Shown: positions 57,544 to 64,000 of the stretch, one piece after another
How the letters are laid out: each line of letters begins with the position of its first letter
Position numbering within the stretch: the first letter of the stretch is position 1
NCBI GenBank assembly: GCA_051251855.1
Contig: JBPOGI010000004.1
Span: 1-64,000, forward strand
Source: Roseibacillus sp.
GTDB taxonomy: Bacteria > Verrucomicrobiota > Verrucomicrobiia > Verrucomicrobiales > Akkermansiaceae
DNA: 64,000 nt
Direction of reading: 5' to 3'
Program-made: the position numbers and the translations under genes
The notes under the pieces: generated by a model
The model's database searches: none
What the model was told of the DNA's origin: nothing
The model's input: only the letters and a program-made list of their open reading frames with translations

Positions 57544-58815
57544 TTAGAGTCCGTCGGAACGGTTCATACGTGCATTCTCAAAAGCTTCTTCGGTGATGAG
57601 GCCTTTGCGCAAAAGCTGCGTCAAATTGGCATCCCACTCAACGTTACCAGCGGCTCGGATAACGTCCTCCAAAGACTGTTTGCCTTTGGAGTAATTCATA
57701 ATCGAACTTGCGGTTCGGTCATCATTGTTCTGTAAAAATTCATAGGTTAGCACTCGACGCTCGACGCCTTTCAAGAGTCCCTGAGACATGATGCAAACCA
57801 GCATCTCGCCAAGTCGGTTGAGAACTGCCTGTTGGCGCTCTGAGGGATACATCTCCAAAATTCGACCCATTGTCTTAACGGCTCCCGTTGTGTGCAGAGT
57901 AGAAAGAACAAGGTGACCTGTTTGAGCGGCCTCGAGACAGGTGTCCATTGCTTCACGGTCTCGAATCTCCCCTACTAAAATGACATGAGGAGCTTTACGA
58001 AGAACATCTTTCAGTCCCTGACGATAGGACTCGAGATCTCGCCCTACTTCTTGCTGTGTAACAACACTCTTGGAAGGAACCTTTGCTCCACTTCCGTCGG
58101 ACGCATCCTGGTCGTGCGGATATACATACTCGACGGGATCTTCGACTGTAACGATATGCTTAGCGGTATTCTGTCGAAGCCAATCAATAATGGAAGCCAG
58201 AGTTGTCGACTTACCAGAGCCAGTGGGTCCCGTCACCAAACAAAGACCTGCCCTGCGTTTCACAGCTTGGCGCAGACAATGCATCGTGTCTTCATCGATA
58301 CCCAAGACATCCAAAGGAGGAATATTATCATTAAGAATCCGGCAAGTCAGTCCGAGCCCCGATGAAGAAAGGTGAGCTTGAATCCGAAGACGCCCGGAGT
58401 CTTCACCGGAGGGCAACGGGATACCATTGCATGAAAAATCATCCACTTGGTCGGTGCGCATCTTCTCAAACGCTTGGCGAACCTTAGCGTCTCCCCTCTC
58501 GTCTGTCGTGGCAGCACTTCCAAACCCATGATTCGCGGTCTCCCGGTTCAAAATAAGGGCCTCATAGATGCTCTTCACTCTCTCTCGGGAGAGGACGCCC
58601 AAAGAGTCCACACACTCCATGCCGTTGTTAGTCTCAACAAATACATGACGATCTGAACGCACCTGAATATCTGAAACACCTCTCTTCTCGCATTCTTCGA
58701 AGATAACGGCTAATAATTGGGTCCCCGACATTGAGTCGGTGGAAATCACCTCAGGAATAGCAGGGGCGCTATTTCCGTTGACGGCAGGAATAGGAGGGGG
58801 GGCAAGTGAACTCAT
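57544..58815 (-). CDS. pilT: PilT/PilU family retraction ATPase
   Basis: VSDIQ, GLCLVTGPTGSGKSTTLAS, HIVTVEDPVEY, QQEVGRD, PHVILVGEIRD and TGHLVLSTLHT motifs; no zinc tetracysteine. Confidence 0.88.
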   Translation of the reverse strand: MSSLAPPPIPAVNGNSAPAIPEVISTDSMSGTQLLAVIFEECEKRGVSDIQVRSDRHVFVETNNGMECVDSLGVLSRERVKSIYEALILNRETANHGFGSAATTDERGDAKVRQAFEKMRTDQVDDFSCNGIPLPSGEDSGRLRIQAHLSSSGLGLTCRILNDNIPPLDVLGIDEDTMHCLRQAVKRRAGLCLVTGPTGSGKSTTLASIIDWLRQNTAKHIVTVEDPVEYVYPHDQDASDGSGAKVPSKSVVTQQEVGRDLESYRQGLKDVLRKAPHVILVGEIRDREAMDTCLEAAQTGHLVLSTLHTTGAVKTMGRILEMYPSERQQAVLNRLGEMLVCIMSQGLLKGVERRVLTYEFLQNNDDRTASSIMNYSKGKQSLEDVIRAAGNVEWDANLTQLLRKGLITEEAFENARMNRSDGL

Positions 58816-59657
58816 GATCTTCTATCCCCTTCTACCTCTTTGTTTCTGGTCAAAGTCTCCAATACGGACTTTGTTTCTTGATTCAGATGCTCAAGATAAC
58901 GTTTTCTTGACTCGAACTCATATTTCTTAGCTTCGGAAAATTGTTCCCATCGACCATCGGTCTTCATTCCAGCGACCAAGCCTTCGTAATTCCCCAAAAT
59001 TTCGGGAATCATTTTGCTGTAGGTATAGATATCCTGGGTAGCCTCTAGATGTTCTTGCTCCTTAGATGTGCGAGCAGCAAAGACAAGGTCGTAAGCGGCT
59101 TGAGCAGCGGTCAAAAGACTGAGAGGGCTTTCGTTATCGGAGAGGCTGGTCTCCAAAGTCTTCAAAGAGAGGTCACGAACTGCCATCTCTGACTCCATCA
59201 TTTCCGAGGCGAAACCTTCCCAGAGAAACATCTGATAGATAGCGTAGTTGGCAAAGTTGCGAGGATCCATTTTCCATGCTACCGCCAACTTTTTCTCGAT
59301 TCGCGCCATCGCATAATCTTGGTAGAGTTCCTTCAGCTCTTCAGGAGCTTTTCCGTCGGTCTTAGACTCCCTCATCTTTGTAACCCAATTGAAAAGCTCT
59401 TGATCTGGGCGGCTGCCTTCAGCCAATTCAGGTGAAGCCTCAATGGAACCGACCCCACGGTCCCAAAAGCGAGTAATTGGCCCCTGCAAAGCCATTCCAA
59501 CGGTTCGTCCAAATGGACTCTTTGCCATGGCCCCTGGGTTAGGCTGATAGTTGAAATGCCCTTCTTCTTCGAGAGAAGGAGAAGTCAAAGCGACAAGGAC
59601 TGCGCCCGCGAGAAAAACCGGAGCAACAAATCTGATAGTATCAATTTTGGTGTTCAT
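58812..59657 (-). CDS. Hypothetical membrane-anchored helical protein (PilG/XapA-like by context)
   Basis: N-terminal hydrophobic anchor and TPR-like AWKMDPRNFANYAIY; ATGA-coupled on both sides. Confidence 0.65.
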   Translation of the reverse strand: MNTKIDTIRFVAPVFLAGAVLVALTSPSLEEEGHFNYQPNPGAMAKSPFGRTVGMALQGPITRFWDRGVGSIEASPELAEGSRPDQELFNWVTKMRESKTDGKAPEELKELYQDYAMARIEKKLAVAWKMDPRNFANYAIYQMFLWEGFASEMMESEMAVRDLSLKTLETSLSDNESPLSLLTAAQAAYDLVFAARTSKEQEHLEATQDIYTYSKMIPEILGNYEGLVAGMKTDGRWEQFSEAKKYEFESRKRYLEHLNQETKSVLETLTRNKEVEGDRRS

Positions 59658-60415
59658 GCTTTAGCGGTGGTGCGGTAGGCCAAAAAGGAACCTGCCGAGG
59701 TGATGAGGGAAAGCCCTCCGAGGTAGACTAGGATGTTGAGAAAGAGAGTAGTCGTGAGGTGGCCCATCTGAAAAACAAGCTGCTCTGTTAGGTCCGCCAA
59801 GTGATACTGAGGCGAGATGGCGTAGAGGAGGCGAATCAACCCATTGGTTTCAACCTTGGTGGCAACCTCCAGATAACCGACTCCATAAAGCCCGTAGAAA
59901 GTAACCCCTGCAGTAAAGAGATAACCAATTAATGTTCCAAAACGGCTGCCAAGAGCCGTTGCCAACATCATCAATGGAAGGACTACTACGAGGAACAATA
60001 CACCATATTGAAGATTAGTGAGAATCCATGAACCAACGTTGGCATGAGGAGCCGCACCCAGACAGCATACAAGAACAGCTACTAGGACGAGCGGAACAAG
60101 AACGGCAGCATGAGCGAGCCAAACTTCGCAGAGTTGACGGATAGACCCCTGCCCCATGCTGTGAAAATAGGTTCCTAAGCCAGACTGGACATTTTGAGCA
60201 CCCTGCCGAGCGGCCTGCCCGAAGAGCCAAAAAGTAGTGACTAACCAGAGCAGAACCCAAGCCGCCTGAGCGCGAGCCGGCTCGATGAGACCAAGTGCAA
60301 ATTCGCTAGGAACGAGCACGGGAAGAAGAAACGGAAGAGCGCCGACACAGAACAACGCCACGACCCAAGCCTTGCGCACGAGCAAGGTTCGAAGAGTGAT
60401 TTTGAAGAGGTTCAT
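59654..60415 (-). CDS. ABC-2 type permease (PilI-like by context)
   Basis: Six TM segments; follows the ABC ATPase gene. Confidence 0.78.
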   Translation of the reverse strand: MNLFKITLRTLLVRKAWVVALFCVGALPFLLPVLVPSEFALGLIEPARAQAAWVLLWLVTTFWLFGQAARQGAQNVQSGLGTYFHSMGQGSIRQLCEVWLAHAAVLVPLVLVAVLVCCLGAAPHANVGSWILTNLQYGVLFLVVVLPLMMLATALGSRFGTLIGYLFTAGVTFYGLYGVGYLEVATKVETNGLIRLLYAISPQYHLADLTEQLVFQMGHLTTTLFLNILVYLGGLSLITSAGSFLAYRTTAKA

Positions 60416-60434
60416 TACTTTTAGGTTAAGTCTA

Positions 60435-61103
60435 TTAGTTCAAAAATTGGCGAAGCTCTCCCCAAGACATATCGGGAGACTGCTGGTGATTGAGGATGCC
60501 ATCGCTGATAACGAGTGCGCTTGGCACGGGCATTTCATCAAAATCGGGGTGAGCACTAACTACTCGCACAACGTTGCTCGTTTCTTGAGCCCATCGATCA
60601 ATGAAGGCTTGGCGAGTAGGTGCATCGAGTCCAGTGAAGGGTTCGTCTAAGAAAATGATATCTTGGTCGTCATTGCGGAAACCAAATTCGGCGAGCAAGA
60701 GGTTCACCTTCCTTTTATTTCCGGTAGAGAGTTTTCCGTAAGGCTTACTGAGGTCTAACTCTATTTGCTGAGCAAACTCTAGGGCCTCAACTGTCTTCTT
60801 CTTCCCAAGCAGAGACTTCAGGATTGCGGGGGCCTTGAGCTCTTGATCGAAAACAAGGTCTTCTGAGATGAAGCGGCAAAACCCTTCGACTTGGTATTCC
60901 CCCTCCAAAGGCTTAATCATCCCACAGAGAGTACGGAACAAAGTTGTTTTCCCTCTCCCATTGCGACCGAGCAAATAGTGAGTTCCCAAGCCTAAAGAAA
61001 TCGTTTCTCCGACTTCGGCAAGCCTTTGGTCGTACCCAATTGCAAGACCGCTCGAGAGAACAATCTCGGAGGTTTTGTTGTGGGCTTTTGACGCGGTTTT
61101 CAT
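60435..61103 (-). CDS. ABC transporter ATP-binding protein (PilH-like by context)
   Basis: Walker A GRNGRGKT, signature LSTGN, Walker B IIFLDEP and H-loop SAH. Confidence 0.9.
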   Translation of the reverse strand: MKTASKAHNKTSEIVLSSGLAIGYDQRLAEVGETISLGLGTHYLLGRNGRGKTTLFRTLCGMIKPLEGEYQVEGFCRFISEDLVFDQELKAPAILKSLLGKKKTVEALEFAQQIELDLSKPYGKLSTGNKRKVNLLLAEFGFRNDDQDIIFLDEPFTGLDAPTRQAFIDRWAQETSNVVRVVSAHPDFDEMPVPSALVISDGILNHQQSPDMSWGELRQFLN

Positions 61104-61127
61104 AAGGACAGCAAGATGTTCAATAAA

Positions 61128-61232
61128 ACTTTACTAAATTCACTGCCTATGACAAGAAATTGAATGTTCGAATTTCAGAGTTTCTCGGGAAGCAGCTGGT
61201 TGAAATTTAAGAAATCCGGACAAAATAGTCAA
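61128..61232 (-). promoter_or_regulatory. Two sigma70-like promoters upstream of the pilus operon
   Basis: Minus strand TTGACT-17-TAAATT (61232-61204) and TTGTCA-16-TAAAGT (61155-61128) in an AT-rich gap. Confidence 0.5.
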
Positions 61233-61396
61233 GATATCGTTCAATATTTCTAAAATATTTATGAATCCTTTGGTTTAAAAGGCTTCATGACACCATTTCC
61301 GTACCCTCGAGGGGCCTTCACTAAGGGAAAGACTCCAAAATTCTCGCGATTCTATAAAACTTTTGAGCAGAAATATCAGCCGAAGCCAACCGACCA

Positions 61397-61804
61397 CTAG
61401 TTCCATTCCCACGTCACAGCCACCTCGATATCAGGATGAATGCTATGATTCACCGGACATCCTAAGGCTGCTTTCTGTAAAGCTGCGGCCGAAAAATGGT
61501 TTACGGGAATCGGCATCTGGCAGAGCACGGTCAATTTCGAAACTCGCCGAGGTAAATCAGCGGACATCTCTTTAGAAACAGTAATACGGAGTCCAACCAA
61601 GTCCACTTCCTCTCGTCGGGCCGCAATTCCCATGATGGTCGCCATGCATGTTCCCAAGGCTGTTGCGACTAAATCGGTCGGAGAGAAAGCTTCGCCCCTA
61701 CCTTGGTTATCCAGTGGCGCATCCGTTGCAATAAGAGCTTCAGAAGGACCATGCTGAGCCTCGCAATGAAGCTCCCCTTTGTAATCAATAGAAACTTTAA
61801 CCAT
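61397..61804 (-). CDS. OsmC family protein
   Basis: TDAPLDNQGRGEAFSPTDLVATALGTCM and the second Cys in CPVNHS. Confidence 0.92.
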   Translation of the reverse strand: MVKVSIDYKGELHCEAQHGPSEALIATDAPLDNQGRGEAFSPTDLVATALGTCMATIMGIAARREEVDLVGLRITVSKEMSADLPRRVSKLTVLCQMPIPVNHFSAAALQKAALGCPVNHSIHPDIEVAVTWEWN

Positions 61805-64000
61805 CACTTTCGTCTTCTTCGTTCTGCTCCGACTTCACAAGAACTACTCGGAAGCCATAACCTTCTCCAGTATCGGACACTGGGCGTCGTGCACTCGTCC
61901 TGAGATGCTCTTCCCTATAATCCTGCCATGATCCTCCGCGACTTGTTCCATAACCCGCCTCTTCGGTGAGATAGAAATCACTGACCCATTCGCGAACGTT
62001 GCCTCCGAGGTCATGGATACCAAACGGATTGGGAGGAAAACTTCCTACTGGGGCCGTCGTCAAAAAGCTGTCGCGGTATCCCGCTACCAACTGATTATTA
62101 AATGGAAGACGTGCCTCCCCTTCCATCCCCGCGATATTGGCCACTTTCTCTAGCGGCGGAAAATCCTCTCCCCAAGGAAAACCTGACTCTTCCCAAGAAG
62201 CTCGCTCTCGTGGTGTTTCTCCTGGCTCAACTTCCACTCCAGCCATCCGCGACCATTCCGCATCGGTTGGTAGGCGGTACTGATGCCACTCACGAATCAC
62301 TCCCTGCTTTTGCTCCTTCACAGTTAGCCACTCACAAAAAGCGATAGCGTCATCTCTCGTAATATTAACAGCAGGGTGATCCTTTTTCTGTAGGAAGTCA
62401 GGCGCCTCAGGCCTCTTCCTCTTCGCCATATTCACAAACTTCGAGAAATCCTGCACCCTTGTTTCCCAACGTGAAGCCAACAATTCATCGCCCAATTCCA
62501 CAAATTCCATGCCGATGCTGTTCTTCCACTCCGCATTCTGCCAAGGCATCCCTTTGGTCGGAGAAAGCTCAACCAGAGGGAGGGAGACAGTCTCGCCTTC
62601 ACCAATAGAGAGAGCGACAACATGCTCCTCGTAACCATCCAACACCACTTTTAGCTCCGATTTCCCAGGAAACACCTCGAGCCCTTCCAAAGGCGTTGTC
62701 CCCTGTAGCTCTCCATTGAGATATACCCAAGCACCCGAGGGCTCGGTTTCAAAGACCAGCCGACCTTTTCGAATCGGTTCAATCTCGACACGAAAGGGAC
62801 GCAACCCCGACTCCCCGATCATTTTTTCAACATCCGGATAATCACTCGCCTTCTCAAACTCTACTTTGAAGCGATAGTCATCCTTAGTCACCCCGTCTGC
62901 TACGCTCTCTTGAGCCAACCAGCGAACAAACTCCTCCCCCTGCTTCTCGGTAACGAAGGCGACCCGCCGCCGAATTCCATTCTCCCTTACCTCCACCCCC
63001 TTCCAATCCTTTTCACGGCCCACAGGAGAGCGACGGAATTCCACAGGACTCACCAGATAGGCACTCACGTGGGCTCCATCTTCTGGAAAATATCGCTGAC
63101 CAAGAAAGTCTCGCCACTCCAATCCTGGCTCGGGTGGATACCTCATCATCGAAACCAGCAAAATCTCGTCTCCCTGCGTGAGCATCTGCGAAATCACTTT
63201 GGGCTTATAACCCGGCAAACGAAGTTGGAACTCCACCTCTAGCCCAATCGGATACTCCTTGGGGCCATACGGAGTCGGCCCTAACATAACCCCATACTCA
63301 TCAAAAACTTCAGCCCCTTCAGGCACACTTGTAATGGTCACAAACGACGCCGTTGGAGCCGACACCGTAGTCCTTTGAATCGCCTGAACTCTCGCCGGAG
63401 CTAAAGGCAGCCCCGCCAATAGCGCCAATCCCAACGAAACAGTTCCCACCGAGACAGCCAGTCCCAAGGGAACCTTTTTCTTCTGGATGCGCCGCGAACG
63501 ATGGATCAACCCCAGCACTCGCTCCAGCTCTGCAGCTTCTGTATAGCGGCGCTTTTTAATTCGCGGATCGCACGTCTCGCAGATCACCTTATTCAACGCC
63601 AACCAACGCTTATTATCAGCTTTCGGAATAGGTTCATCAGGCAGTTCAGGGAAATCCAGCCGGTCTTTTCCCGTCGCCATCTCATACAGCACTTTTCCTA
63701 ACGCATAAACATCCGCTCCCGCCGAACCTGGCCCCTCAGGTGGCACAAAGCCCTCCGTCCCCACAAAAGTCCGCTGGTCCCGTGCCGCCACTAACCCAAT
63801 ATCGGCCAAACAAGCTTGGCCCTTAACAAAAATCACATTCGACGGCTTTACATCTCGGTGAGCCAACCCCTGTTGGTGCAAATGCGCCAGCGCTCCCGAC
63901 AATCGCGCCCCTGCTTCCGCGCAAAACCCCACCGCCAGCGGTCTCTTACCCGAACGCAACATGTCGCTGCGCAAGGTCCGCGGCTCATAGTCTGCTGGTG
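61797..64000 (-). CDS. Membrane Ser/Thr protein kinase with PEGA and FGE-sulfatase domains (5' partial)
   Basis: HRDVKPSN, LADIGLV, GTEGFVPPE, DVYALG; TM; two PEGA domains; FGE motifs YRLPTDAEW, NPFGIHDLGGNVREW and RGGSW...GFRVV. The frame stays open to the right edge (...PADYEPRTLRSD). Confidence 0.92.
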   Translation of the reverse strand, partial: PADYEPRTLRSDMLRSGKRPLAVGFCAEAGARLSGALAHLHQQGLAHRDVKPSNVIFVKGQACLADIGLVAARDQRTFVGTEGFVPPEGPGSAGADVYALGKVLYEMATGKDRLDFPELPDEPIPKADNKRWLALNKVICETCDPRIKKRRYTEAAELERVLGLIHRSRRIQKKKVPLGLAVSVGTVSLGLALLAGLPLAPARVQAIQRTTVSAPTASFVTITSVPEGAEVFDEYGVMLGPTPYGPKEYPIGLEVEFQLRLPGYKPKVISQMLTQGDEILLVSMMRYPPEPGLEWRDFLGQRYFPEDGAHVSAYLVSPVEFRRSPVGREKDWKGVEVRENGIRRRVAFVTEKQGEEFVRWLAQESVADGVTKDDYRFKVEFEKASDYPDVEKMIGESGLRPFRVEIEPIRKGRLVFETEPSGAWVYLNGELQGTTPLEGLEVFPGKSELKVVLDGYEEHVVALSIGEGETVSLPLVELSPTKGMPWQNAEWKNSIGMEFVELGDELLASRWETRVQDFSKFVNMAKRKRPEAPDFLQKKDHPAVNITRDDAIAFCEWLTVKEQKQGVIREWHQYRLPTDAEWSRMAGVEVEPGETPRERASWEESGFPWGEDFPPLEKVANIAGMEGEARLPFNNQLVAGYRDSFLTTAPVGSFPPNPFGIHDLGGNVREWVSDFYLTEEAGYGTSRGGSWQDYREEHLRTSARRPVSDTGEGYGFRVVLVKSEQNEEDESDG

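Overview
Bacterial chromosomal window, most likely from a Verrucomicrobiales organism. This is an inference from the homodimeric GlyRS, a DUF1592/DUF1552 cytochrome pair, a DIG-type Ser/Thr kinase and the pilin style. The core region (about 2.3-45.8 kb) is GC-rich and strongly C-skewed on the + strand. It carries der, an M16 peptidase, tatA, an alginate lyase-family gene, a MATE pump, a giant GSDH-diheme cytochrome fusion, rarA, dxr, cdsA, a CzcCBA-type RND efflux operon, tRNA-Leu(TAA), ltaE, glyQS, a TetR/SDR pair, argG and a sulfotransferase. Three things stand out. (1) An 18-gene, compositionally distinct type IV filament operon (45.8-61.1 kb, - strand) with PilT, PilB, PilC, a secretin, PilMN/PilO-like proteins and two pilins, plus an ABC transporter/PilG-like module, a stand-alone PilB N-domain-like protein and five unknown membrane or secreted proteins. 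(2) A Cys/His-rich uORF with an RGPP ribosome-arrest-type motif, followed by a terminator-like hairpin, directly ahead of czcCBA; this is a candidate metal-sensing attenuator. (3) A low-GC left edge encoding an FGE-sulfatase-fold secreted protein and a protein made of 27-aa GGNGDGHD repeats that the ORF track missed. No CRISPR array, integrase, transposase, reverse transcriptase or rRNA was seen. All family calls come from motif recognition, not database searches.
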